A DNA stretch of 64,000 nt, from the IMG/VR virus record IMGVR_UViG_3300042147_000025, positions 29,121-93,120 of that record. One strand, 5' to 3'. This stretch comes from a virus. The notes under the pieces are model-generated. The model had not been told where the DNA came from and did no database searches. It was given only the letters and a program-made list of their open reading frames with translations. Positions 38,414 through 48,105 of this stretch are shown here, piece by piece; within the stretch, counting starts at the first letter, position 1, and every line of letters begins with the position of its first letter. A program made the translations under genes and the position numbers.

Positions 38414-38600
38414 GCTGAATCTTCCACGCTTCCTGAAATTCAGCTCTCTTCTCACAGAAATTGAGAAGTCTCTCCACTTAACCGTCTTCCGGTTTGCCAT
38501 TTATTTCAACTGTCCGCCAGAACAGTTTGGGTTAGGACTAGGCGTCCTGATACCAGACCGAAGCCTGATTCTTTCTAGTAACATAAATCCCAAACGATAT
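38414..38600 (-). ncRNA. candidate structured ncRNA between terS and the next gene
   Basis: At least six adjacent hairpins, a C(UUCG)G tetraloop and seven GGA motifs on the - strand. Confidence 0.55.
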
Positions 38601-38630
38601 CATTGCTGCTGATTTCGTGCGAGTTTCTTG

Positions 38631-39041
38631 TTACTCATGATCGTCTTGGTCAGGATCGACATAGACTAGTGACAGACGTGGTTTCAATTCAGCCTTGATC
38701 TGTTCAGGGGATTGCTCTTCCTCTTCAGTATCACGCTTTCCTTCAGCACGAGCTTTGAAGTTTGTAATCTCATCGCTGCTAGCTGCTTTTTCAACGCTGA
38801 CAATGGAATTGATAATCCACTTTGCGCTTGCGACAGACTCAGAGTTTACATTTTCATTCTTAAGACTCTTATCAATCAAAGCTAGAGCAATATCTTCGCG
38901 TTCACGAAGCTTGTCAGCCAGTTCACGCAGTTTACTCTTTTTGATTCGAACCTTACTGTTTCCCGAAGTGTTTCTGTTTGAACGTGGCCCATCAAACCTA
39001 GTATCTGGGCTAGGATTCGGGTTTGTAATTTTCTTAGCCAT
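38631..39041 (-). CDS. probable terminase small subunit
   Basis: Basic N-terminus with TRFDG...N..GN, helical core; upstream of terL. Confidence 0.55.
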   Translation of the reverse strand: MAKKITNPNPSPDTRFDGPRSNRNTSGNSKVRIKKSKLRELADKLREREDIALALIDKSLKNENVNSESVASAKWIINSIVSVEKAASSDEITNFKARAEGKRDTEEEEQSPEQIKAELKPRLSLVYVDPDQDDHE

Positions 39042-39053
39042 AAATGTTACCTA

Positions 39054-41750
39054 TTAAGATACAGAAGGCATAACGCGGAAGTTTGTACTCGTTCCGGCGA
39101 CACCTTCCGCCACATTGACCCAGCCCATCGATCCACCTGCTGCAATTGTATTATTCCAAATCTTGTGACCTCTGGAATAATAAAAACCATCGGTTGGAAT
39201 TGCTGTTGCATAGTGTGGGGTGACAGAGACAAGCATCCACTCTGCTGTTGTACCTAGTTGTGGGATGATCCTTTCGAATATCAAAGCACCACCGCTAGGG
39301 CAGGTGAGTTCAGGGACACCAGATGCACGTAGACTAATATTACCATTAGATCGTACAGTTACAGCACCGATTGCAAACAGTGTACGATGTTGTCCGGGGT
39401 TTGCCCAACCATGAAGATTTGAAATACGGATGGTCCTGTCAGCATTAGGGGACACATAGCAAGATGGATGGCCCTGCATATCAACGTTACCAGAAGCATC
39501 AGTAACAACAATTTTGTGTTGTCTGTTGTTCTTAAACAGTGTCATTCCGGTAGTTTGCTTACTGTTCTGTCCCACGTATTCCCAAGACTGAACTTGGTCA
39601 AGGCCTACACTACTAGCGGCAACCATGTTGTCAACAGTACCGAGCATAAACCCACCGGGGCCAACCTGTGTGCGGCTGCTGACACCTTCCCTGAAGATAC
39701 CCCCATCACCAACACCACCTTGAATGAAAGTAGTTGCTACAGTTTGGGATGCGCTAACTTGGTAAGTGCCAGACTTTCCAGTTGAACCTGTCAACTGTTG
39801 GACTATGGTGGTTCCAGCAGTAACCCCAGTACCCGTTAATGACATACCCGCAGCGAACCTGCCAAGCATTGACACATCGTTCTCAATCGTAAGGGTAGTT
39901 CCTGCAATGGAGCCATTACCTCGACCCGCACCAACCGTACCATTGCCAGCATTAGCATGTCTGTTAGCTTGGAAGAATTGTTGGGCGCCAGTTTGAATGT
40001 CAAAACAGATACCTACAGATTCAAACCAAGTTTCCATTACGCTATTGTTACTGCAAGCACCAAGCTCCTTCCAACCCAATCGGGTTTTTTCACAAGCAAA
40101 TTGCCCCATAGCCATTACACCAGTGGGGCAACGTGCAGCCTGACCAACACCGGCAATATCAGAAGTACTTTCACCATGACCACTTGCATTGTCTGCAACT
40201 TCCGAGGGGGTTGGGTCAAATGTCAACAGTACACCGATATCTGATATATCATCTGGTGCTGTGCTCATACCGCCTGTGTAACCGTTCTCAAGTTCAATTT
40301 GACCGTGTTGGCCAGTGAACATGTAGCCAATACTGCCAATAGCTCCACGGGCACCTACTTGACAATCCTGAAACTTAACAAACTGGTTTGGGAGAAGTGA
40401 ATGAGCATCGGTATATCCGGCTCTTGACCACACACATCTGTTGAAGTTAATGATTCTGACATTGAAGAATGTCGTGTGCCACAACCCACCTTGAGTGTAC
40501 CCAGCATCCCATTTTGCACGGGCATACAATCCCCACTGTGTTGGGTTGACAGGTGCCACGTTAAAGTCTGCTGTTGATGCTCCGCTTATAGTGAGGTTAG
40601 ACCACCCGCATTCTGCAACAACGCCAGAGTCAATTTCCACCATCCCGTAAGTAAATCCGGGATCTGCTACAGGAAGAGCAACAAACCCACCATTCCTCAC
40701 GCCGGGGCCGTCAACTGGAACTCTGGAGCGGATGGTTAGCTTAGTTACGGGGGAGAAGCCAGACCCAAGTCTAACCTTACCCCCACCCTTACTGGACGCA
40801 TATAGAGATGCTTTTTCACAAGCCAGAGTGTCATCTGTCACGCCGTCAGCCAGTCTACCAAACTCCTCCATCCAAATTTCACCGGAAGTAATTCTTTGGA
40901 ACCTGCCTGTTGGAACACCCACAACAGCGAAAGTATACCCACCATTATCCGGTTCTGTTGAAGCAGAGTCCCATATGAAATCACCACCGCCGCGTGGGCC
41001 AAGATAAGGTACTCTTGTGGACCACCCAGCATGATAGGATGCGACTTTATAAGTAAGGCCAGTCTTTCTTGGTAGCGTCAATAGGTCTGCAACAGAATCA
41101 ACAGACACCACAGCACTGCCAACATTCAGTGCTGCACCATCGGCAGCAAGGTCTGCAATGCTTACTTTTGTACTTAGAAGACCTTCTGTGTAAACAGCAG
41201 AAGCCTGTGCATCATTGGCGGAGTCTAAGGAGTCTTGAGCAGAAGCAGCGCTTTCAGCAGCTTTAGTAGTCGCTGTAACTGCACTTGATGCTGAAGACAC
41301 AGCCGAAGTTTGACTTGCTGTGGCACTATTGGCAGAAGCTGTTGCAGAGTTAGCCGAATTCGTAGCACTTACCGCAGCTTGGCTTGCAGACGCAGCAGCA
41401 GCATTCTTACTAGCCAATGCACCAGCAGCATCAGCAGCCACTTGAGCTGCCAAGCCATCACTATGAGCTGTCTGATCAAGCATCAACAATTCATTAATTG
41501 TTGTCTGCGTTGTATCATCTGTAATCTCAATATTACCAATGTTAGCATAGGATCTATATTCTAAGGAGAATACACTGACATGATACCAACCATTTGGAAC
41601 ATCAATTTCATATTCACCATCTTCATCTGTCTTAAAGTCTTTTGTGACAAACATAAGAACTTGTTCAGAGGTGTTGTTAGCTGTAATCCGTACAGATGAG
41701 TTTTTATATGGTTCGCCTGTAGGGGTGAGGAGGGTGCCTGAAAGAATCAT
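39054..41750 (-). CDS. tailspike / depolymerase (lambda Stf-like N-terminus plus beta-helix)
   Basis: ILSGTL...G.P...DEDGEY Stf-type head, Ala/Ser stalk, [11 protein letters not shown] pectate-lyase-like start. Confidence 0.85.
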   Translation of the reverse strand: MILSGTLLTPTGEPYKNSSVRITANNTSEQVLMFVTKDFKTDEDGEYEIDVPNGWYHVSVFSLEYRSYANIGNIEITDDTTQTTINELLMLDQTAHSDGLAAQVAADAAGALASKNAAAASASQAAVSATNSANSATASANSATASQTSAVSSASSAVTATTKAAESAASAQDSLDSANDAQASAVYTEGLLSTKVSIADLAADGAALNVGSAVVSVDSVADLLTLPRKTGLTYKVASYHAGWSTRVPYLGPRGGGDFIWDSASTEPDNGGYTFAVVGVPTGRFQRITSGEIWMEEFGRLADGVTDDTLACEKASLYASSKGGGKVRLGSGFSPVTKLTIRSRVPVDGPGVRNGGFVALPVADPGFTYGMVEIDSGVVAECGWSNLTISGASTADFNVAPVNPTQWGLYARAKWDAGYTQGGLWHTTFFNVRIINFNRCVWSRAGYTDAHSLLPNQFVKFQDCQVGARGAIGSIGYMFTGQHGQIELENGYTGGMSTAPDDISDIGVLLTFDPTPSEVADNASGHGESTSDIAGVGQAARCPTGVMAMGQFACEKTRLGWKELGACSNNSVMETWFESVGICFDIQTGAQQFFQANRHANAGNGTVGAGRGNGSIAGTTLTIENDVSMLGRFAAGMSLTGTGVTAGTTIVQQLTGSTGKSGTYQVSASQTVATTFIQGGVGDGGIFREGVSSRTQVGPGGFMLGTVDNMVAASSVGLDQVQSWEYVGQNSKQTTGMTLFKNNRQHKIVVTDASGNVDMQGHPSCYVSPNADRTIRISNLHGWANPGQHRTLFAIGAVTVRSNGNISLRASGVPELTCPSGGALIFERIIPQLGTTAEWMLVSVTPHYATAIPTDGFYYSRGHKIWNNTIAAGGSMGWVNVAEGVAGTSTNFRVMPSVS

Positions 41751-41801
41751 ATTGTCCCTACTGGAGAGTGTACTGGAATATTGTTATTTTTACAGAAAGA
41801 T

Positions 41802-42035
41802 TTTCTTAGTTATACTCGCAGGCTAGGCCGTGCAATATTCATAATGAAGGAATATAACTAAGAAATGACCCTGTGCTAAGCATGTGTTGTGAGGAGAGGC
41901 ACGTAACACGCTATCAAGGTCAGAAGAACTTCTAAGGAGAGGGATAGAAGTTCTTTAAGTGCTGATATAGAGGAGAGAAGACATCAGCGGAGGAAACATA
42001 TCTTTTATGTAGAATTTAATTCTTGTCAGATATGT
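41802..42035 (-). ncRNA. candidate multi-hairpin RNA with CUCUCCU loops
   Basis: Five stems; three loops carry the same 7-mer (AGGAGAG on + at 41892, 41935, 41971). Confidence 0.55.
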
Positions 42036-42044
42036 GGGTGAAAC

Positions 42045-42126
42045 TGGAGCGGTTATTAGGGAATCCAACCCTCGACCTTTCTACCGTGAAGCGCTTCACA
42101 AATAGTTAAGACAGCATGGTAACCGC
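42045..42126 (-). ncRNA. tRNA-like element / pseudo-tRNA with Gly-like acceptor
   Basis: GCGGTTA/TAACCGC stem, U73-CCA, degenerate T arm; no canonical D arm or anticodon loop. Confidence 0.6.
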
Positions 42127-42195
42127 ATAATAAAACACTGACCTTTTGCACATTAACATCCACCGTTGATGGATAAGTGTGGTCAGTTTGTTACT

Positions 42196-42271
42196 TGGTG
42201 CCGTCACTAAGATTCGAACTCAGGACATCTTGCTTACAAGGCAAGCGCTCTACCGCTGGAGCTATAACGGC
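42196..42271 (-). tRNA. tRNA-Thr(UGU)
   Basis: Full cloverleaf, anticodon loop CT-TGT-AA, encoded CCA. Confidence 0.95.
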
Positions 42272-42276
42272 GAAAT

Positions 42277-42353
42277 TGGCTGGATATCGTGGGCTCGAAC
42301 CACGGACATTCGGATTAACAGTCCGATGCAACTACCAACTGTGCTAATATCCA
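42277..42353 (-). tRNA. tRNA-Asn(GUU)
   Basis: Cloverleaf, CT-GTT-AA, G73, encoded CCA. Confidence 0.93.
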
Positions 42354-42360
42354 AGAATTA

Positions 42361-42665
42361 ATGATGTCTTTCCATCAGTCACATACCAAGTATGACACCG
42401 AGTCTGGATTTAAAGTGCGAGTCGGCATTTAGCACACACTTCGTAGGCGCTACTAGACTTGTATGGCTCTCGTAGTCCACCCTTGTTAATCTAGCATCCC
42501 AGTTGAATGGGCTGAGCCTACTCGTCAACGTATTACGCCGCGTATGAACGTAATATCCGTATTCCCTTGTTCTCACCTTACACCGACAAACATATGGAAA
42601 TCGATGAGGTTGTTCCATATAACCAAGGAAATTCTTTTTCCTGCACTTTCCAGTGCAATTCACAG
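42361..42665 (-). ncRNA. candidate ~300-nt multi-branched ncRNA upstream of the tRNAs
   Basis: Dense nested stems, GGAA and GAAA-containing loops, starts just after a promoter. Confidence 0.55.
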
Positions 42666-42670
42666 TACCT

Positions 42671-42698
42671 ATTATACAGACTTATTTACAAAAGTCAA
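42671..42698 (-). promoter_or_regulatory. sigma70 promoter for the RNA locus
   Basis: TTGACT-16 nt-TATAAT. Confidence 0.65.
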
Positions 42699-42728
42699 AC
42701 TAAATCTTTCATTTTGTTATAAAAGATT

Positions 42729-42905
42729 TTAACTATCTGAATCAGGCATCACTTTCTTGAAGACAGTTCCGTAATGGCTAACACCCTCATGTTGATACTC
42801 CCACCGAAAGCAACCATCAATAAACTCTTCAGCACTTTCTTCAAATAAACATACACAATCTTTTTCTTCGGCCCCGCAGTCAGGGCAATAGTTTTCGTTG
42901 CCCAT
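42729..42905 (-). CDS. small Cys-containing hypothetical protein (58 aa)
   Basis: AAGGA RBS; MGNENYCPDCG...CVC. Confidence 0.55.
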   Translation of the reverse strand: MGNENYCPDCGAEEKDCVCLFEESAEEFIDGCFRWEYQHEGVSHYGTVFKKVMPDSDS

Positions 42906-42966
42906 TCTTGGGTTCCTTTGTTATTTATATTGAGTTCGTATTATACTCACACTTACTTATTAAAAG

Positions 42967-43176
42967 TCAAGCTTTTGGAATATTTATTTTAAACCAGCAA
43001 ACTCCGTAGTAGTCTACACACAAGAATTCAAGATCTTTTGTTTCAAAACTATTAATCCACTTGGCGAGTTCAGTATAAAAAGCAACTGAATTATATTCCC
43101 CGTATTGAGGCTGCATCTCACGTAACCAGCTAGGAATTTCAACCATCATTTTATTTCCAACGGTAAGCTCTTTCAT
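42967..43176 (-). CDS. hypothetical protein
   Basis: ATGA-coupled to the upstream gene. Confidence 0.6.
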   Translation of the reverse strand: MKELTVGNKMMVEIPSWLREMQPQYGEYNSVAFYTELAKWINSFETKDLEFLCVDYYGVCWFKINIPKA

Positions 43177-43526
43177 TTCTTGTCCGCTTTGACTATTCGA
43201 TTGATAAAATCTTCTAAACCTTTTGCGCGATAAGTCTTGCTGTTAGACAGCAGCCATTTATTAGACTTAGTGAAGTATGTAAATTTATCAATACCCCATA
43301 CACCCATCCTCTTTAAAATAGACTCGCCTAAACCATTATCTACAAGAATTTTTGCACAATGATAATCCATAAGGCTCATTTGCATATAAGCATTAAAGTG
43401 ATTGCCTGAACGAGACCCTTGCTCCTTAGCTTCTTTGATATGCTGTTGCACACCATCAAAACCTAGCTCTACAATTTTATTTGCTGTTCTCACTATAACG
43501 CCACTGGATTTTACATCTGTAATCAT
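43173..43526 (-). CDS. hypothetical protein
   Basis: ATGA-coupled to the polymerase-like gene. Confidence 0.65.
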   Translation of the reverse strand: MITDVKSSGVIVRTANKIVELGFDGVQQHIKEAKEQGSRSGNHFNAYMQMSLMDYHCAKILVDNGLGESILKRMGVWGIDKFTYFTKSNKWLLSNSKTYRAKGLEDFINRIVKADKK

Positions 43527-44770
43527 ACGCTCAATTTCTCCTCAATCGCAATACCATCTTCTTTCCAATTCAAACTGATTGGAACTAGATAATCTACACC
43601 AAACCTTTTACGAAAGCAATCACCCATAGTCTTTGATAGCAAGTCAGCATTCTTAGTCTGAACCAAAAATGAGTCGTGTACTGGCAAGCATGGGATATTC
43701 TTTTCAATCATCACCTCTAGAATATCATTAGCCAAATGACTATCAGCATTCTGTAAGATACGCCCCATGCTATCTGGGCAACAGAAGAAATCACCAAACT
43801 GTGGGTATTTATCATAGATAAGCAACATCACAGCTTTAGCGCCACCAAGGGAATACTTCTTTTTGTCTTCATCCTTAAGAAGATTAATCTCTTTACGAAT
43901 AGCACCCTCTGCATCGTCATCGTTATAGCAGTTGAACATGATATTTACTGCAAGCTTTACAATACGACGATCCACTGTGTTTGTTTCATCTTCCAAAATA
44001 CCTGAGTACACATCCAGTGGTAGGTATTCAACATCAATGTCTTTCAAAGCTGCTGCTACACGAAAATGCAGATTACAGAAGTCAATCTCACAAACCTCTT
44101 GGCCTTCAATCTTAATATCAAGCCGTGCGTCAGTGTCACGATTCTTAATTGCCAGTACATCAGCCTTGTAGAACCTGCCACCATAGGCAAACGACTCATT
44201 AAAGATGCGGCAGTAGAAGTTTGTTAAGGTCTTACCACTACCATCCTCAATACGGAATGATTCATTCATGTGGTTGAGCTTACGAACAACCTCTTCCATC
44301 TTCTTGATGTCTTGCGTATTACGATAAGGGATTGAATTCTTTTCTTCATCACGCAATTCAATAACCTTCACTGTGTCTTCGTATGCTTTCATAGTTTCCT
44401 CAATCAATTCTTCCATGTTCCAGACTTCAATGAATTTCTGGGTTGGAGTGATGTAGCTGACTTCTCTCTTCTCTTTAATCTTATGTGGCTTACCCTTAAC
44501 ATTAACCACATATCCATCGTGTACTAGATACTCAATACAACGAATAACTTTACGAGATGTAATATCTTTCTTACTGCTTGTCTTTGTTCCTCCTGTGTCT
44601 CTGCTGTACACAAGCTTACATTGTTTCTTAAGGCAAGCAATGAGGTTAGTGACAACCACGCCTAGTGTAGTGATATCCTTATACCCGTACACCCTAATAA
44701 CATTACTTACTTCTCTACTAACTTTAATATCATATGTTAGTAGCTTAGTATTCAAGATTACCTCTCCCAT
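43523..44770 (-). CDS. minimal family-A / T7-RNAP-like polymerase (TV-Pol-like)
   Basis: YGGRFY, motif A EIDF, motif B RRIVKLAVNIMFN, GRILQNADS, motif C PVHDSFLV. Confidence 0.7.
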   Translation of the reverse strand: MGEVILNTKLLTYDIKVSREVSNVIRVYGYKDITTLGVVVTNLIACLKKQCKLVYSRDTGGTKTSSKKDITSRKVIRCIEYLVHDGYVVNVKGKPHKIKEKREVSYITPTQKFIEVWNMEELIEETMKAYEDTVKVIELRDEEKNSIPYRNTQDIKKMEEVVRKLNHMNESFRIEDGSGKTLTNFYCRIFNESFAYGGRFYKADVLAIKNRDTDARLDIKIEGQEVCEIDFCNLHFRVAAALKDIDVEYLPLDVYSGILEDETNTVDRRIVKLAVNIMFNCYNDDDAEGAIRKEINLLKDEDKKKYSLGGAKAVMLLIYDKYPQFGDFFCCPDSMGRILQNADSHLANDILEVMIEKNIPCLPVHDSFLVQTKNADLLSKTMGDCFRKRFGVDYLVPISLNWKEDGIAIEEKLSV

Positions 44771-44944
44771 CCTCCTCTATACCTCCCTACTATCATATAA
44801 CGCAATTTTAGAGACAAAATGCTCTGTAGGCCACAGCCACAAAGGCTTGTAGCAAAAATCCCATAAATAAGTTTGCCTAAATTCGTCTCTAGGCAGTCAA
44901 TCCAAGCAACCATACTGACAGATAAAATAATTCCTGTCAACCCC

Positions 44945-44973
44945 TTGCAAAGAAATAGATTTCCATGTACACT
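44945..44973 (+). promoter_or_regulatory. sigma70 promoter at the strand divergence point
   Basis: TTGCAA-17-TACACT, back to back with TTGACA on the - strand at 44935-44940. Confidence 0.6.
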
Positions 44974-44999
44974 TGAATCTCAAGCTTAGGAGAAGCCAA

Positions 45000-46161
45000 A
45001 TGCCCATCATCAACCTACACACCTACCGTCTCCTGAAACAAATCCTTGAACATGCAGATAAGGTTGTGATAGTGTCGGTGAACACAGAGGATGGGAAGCA
45101 AATGAGATACACGTACGTGAAACGTAAACAAATTGAGAAGGGAGAGAAGGTATGGATTACATTTTGTGCCAAGTATGTAGTAATTACGTTGATGGATTAG
45201 ACTGTCCTTGTGGGTGGAAGCAACCAAAACAGGAAGAGTCTGACCAGCACATGACAGAGGTTCCTACAGCACTGCTCAGGGAAATCATTGAAAATTGGAA
45301 AGACAGCGACTATTATTGTGAAGCTATCGAGTACCTTCAAGAATATTTGGGAGATTAAAATATGAAATTTACACAAGAAGATAAAGAAACAATCTACAAT
45401 AAATACATGCAGTTCATAAACAGTATGTGCGATGACCTAGACACATTCTCTGAGGTAAGCCCAAAAGAGCTTGTTTACGCTGTATTGGGTTTGGTTGAAG
45501 ATAAACTAAATTCTTGTAAGCATGAGTTTCAAAGGGAAGGTACAGATTATTGGGTGTGTAAGATTTGTAGTCAGGTGGGATAAGAAATGACCCACAATTT
45601 TCGAGACAAAGACATAGACGAAATATTCGTCATCGCTTCACCAAACAACACTCTCCTCCACATAAGCTATCTTGGCCCAACAGAGGAGACATTTTACACT
45701 AGGGCTGATATATTGGCGATGTTGGATATTATTGATGGGAAAGAAGAAGGAGTGATGAGGAAATGAAACAGATTTTTAACGAACTAAAATTTACTGGGCT
45801 CGGTCGTTGCAAAGGTTTTGTGCGGGATCTGCCATCAGTCAAGATTGGTAAGTGGGACAACACACGAATTTATTACTTCCGAGACGAACACCATGAACAA
45901 GTAAACGGTTTTGATTTTATTGTTCTTGAATTCATGTCTTGCACGGGTAGCTGTGAGAATTGGTGGGATGATCCAAACTCTGAACTGGAGGTTGAGGTTG
46001 TTATGACAGGAGAAGCCTGCTTTGATGGCATTCGTCACATCACAAGTGGAGATGTAGATAATAAAGGTTATAGCTACTACCCGGATAGCGCAAACATGAT
46101 TGAGATTTGGACAGAGTTGCGTAAATTGGAGACTCAGTTTTGTATGGAAGGGGAGTTTTGA
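45000..46161 (+). other. cluster of small hypothetical CDSs (45000-45200, 45152-45358, 45362-45583, 45587-45766, 45763-46161)
   Basis: Tightly packed ORFs with GGAG/AGGA RBSs. Confidence 0.6.
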
Positions 46162-46838
46162 TGGGTAATTATAAAGATGCGCTGGTCTTAGGTGTAGCTA
46201 AGAATGATATCAAAGGTAGTACGAGGATTATGGTTGAAGGTAAATCAGTACCTTGTCCATATTATATGAGATGGCTTAATCTAGTAAGAAGAGAGCATTC
46301 GAAGGGATTTCAAACTAGGAGCCCGACGTACAGTGCGGCAACTGTTCACAAGGAGTGGTTGCTATATTCAACCTTTAAAGTTTGGATGGAGCCTCAAATT
46401 TGGGAAGGACTTGAATTAGACAAGGATATCCTTGTTCCGGGCAATAAACATTATAGTCCTGAAACTTGTGCGTTTGTGCCAAAAAGACTGAATAAAGTGT
46501 TGTCAACAAATCGTGGGAAAGCAAGGAGTCACTCTATTGGTGTTTCTTACATTAAGAAGCGATCTACCATGGTAAATGAATACAACAAGCCATATAATGC
46601 AAGCGTATGGGTATTCGACGGAGATAGAAATTATCAAGCATCGCTGGGCAGCTTTTTAGACGAGGTATCTGCACACAGAGCTTGGCAGTGGGCTAAAGCT
46701 AACGAGATTGAGAAAGCTGTTGCTTGGTATGCCACACAAGATTGCTTTCGAACAGATGTAGCAGATGCATTAACTAAAAGAGTGTGGGATTTAAGAACGG
46801 ACCACTCAAATAACATTGAAACCAAAATTATTTTGTGA
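46161..46838 (+). CDS. HNH-like homing endonuclease
   Basis: YYMRW, EWLLYSTFKVW, LDKDILVPGNKHYSPETCAFVP, AP2-like LGSF...AHRAW. Confidence 0.8.
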   Translation: MGNYKDALVLGVAKNDIKGSTRIMVEGKSVPCPYYMRWLNLVRREHSKGFQTRSPTYSAATVHKEWLLYSTFKVWMEPQIWEGLELDKDILVPGNKHYSPETCAFVPKRLNKVLSTNRGKARSHSIGVSYIKKRSTMVNEYNKPYNASVWVFDGDRNYQASLGSFLDEVSAHRAWQWAKANEIEKAVAWYATQDCFRTDVADALTKRVWDLRTDHSNNIETKIIL

Positions 46839-48005
46839 GGTTAATATGTTGTATGTGACTTTTTGGATAGTATGTGGAGTTAGTGCATTCTATCTCCTCA
46901 AAAACTACGTCTCATCCAACCTGCGACTAGTGGGTATCCCTGACGCTAGCATCGCTACAGCTATGAGAAATGCCGCTAAGAAAGACAATAAGGGCGAAGG
47001 ATCACCCATCGAAGAAATCTACAATGCTACAGACAACACAATCAACAGTGCATTTTGGACAGTGGTATTAGTCATTCATCTAGCTATTTGGCCTATTTGT
47101 TTGGTGCAGCTAACGCTTTGGCAGACAATAGGTAAACAAGACTTTTCGGATTTTAGGGGTTGATGAAAATGAATATACCAACATGGCATCTAGAACAAGC
47201 TATTACTATGCTTGACAAGTGGTATAAGTTTGCTGAAAATTCCTTAGCGCTGATTGACAAATACCCTGTAACTCATTGGAAGCTGCAAACACAGCGATAT
47301 AAACAGAATTCAGACTGTAAGCGTAATGCACTACACTGTAAAACTGCTGGACTTGTTTGGCATGATAGGTATAAGATGCTTCTTGATTGTCAAAGGGGTA
47401 TATTTAAATGAGTGAAGATTGTCAGAATTGTGGTACGGCAATGTGGGAGCTAGACGAAGACAGGCTTTGTCCGGGTTGTTCAGACATAGGGCCTGAAATT
47501 GACCTCCTAACAACATGTGGAACATTCAACACAAACGATTGCATTAGTCATGAAGATATGCGACATTTATTTAAAGTGAAGGAGAAGGAAGATGAAACCA
47601 CAGGAGATTGAGAAATTAAAACAGTTAGATGTAAACGGATGCTACGGCACCTTGCAACAAGTACTTATGGACCCCAACCTTAATCAAATAGGATTTGCTG
47701 AAGCTTTGTATCATGTGTTGGCGAAATGTATTGAAGAGAAAGGATATTTGGAACGGGCTAACATTAAACTAACTAATGTCCTGAAGAGTACACACCTTTA
47801 TGACGAGCTTGATTGGGCACTTGAATTGGAGGAGAAATGATTACTTTATGGGTGATTGGTTGGGGATTTACAGTAAACTTCTGCACGCCAGAAGAAACCC
47901 TTAAGAACAATACAATGTGGCAAAATGCTAAAAATGATTTAAACTATCTCCTAATTTGGCCATTACAGCTAGGTACATTTTGCAGAAAAGTTTTTGTAAA
48001 ATAAA
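46816..48005 (+). other. cluster of small hypothetical CDSs (46816-47163 membrane protein, 47160-47411, 47408-47611, 47592-47840 and a short ORF from 47837)
   Basis: Overlapping start/stop packing. Confidence 0.6.
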
Positions 48006-48105
48006 GCTTGCATAATAGATTGAAGTGTGGGAAGCTAGAGATGTTGGGAAAGTGGTGAAGCGAAGAAAAGGTGTGGAAATTTAATTACTGAGAAGGAAAT
48101 ACTAA

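Noticed and set aside
38412-38612. 66-aa + strand ORF over the structured region
   Set aside because: Antisense to the operon with no RBS; hairpin density fits RNA structure better.
41220-41450. Repetitive GCA/GCT-rich DNA
   Set aside because: Encodes the Ala/Ser stalk of the tailspike; not an independent repeat.
42361-42665. tmRNA or RNase P RNA
   Set aside because: No tRNA-Ala-like ends, tag frame or RNase P conserved motifs recognised.
43523-44770. Reverse transcriptase / retron with adjacent ncRNA
   Set aside because: No YxDD motif; motifs are family-A type.
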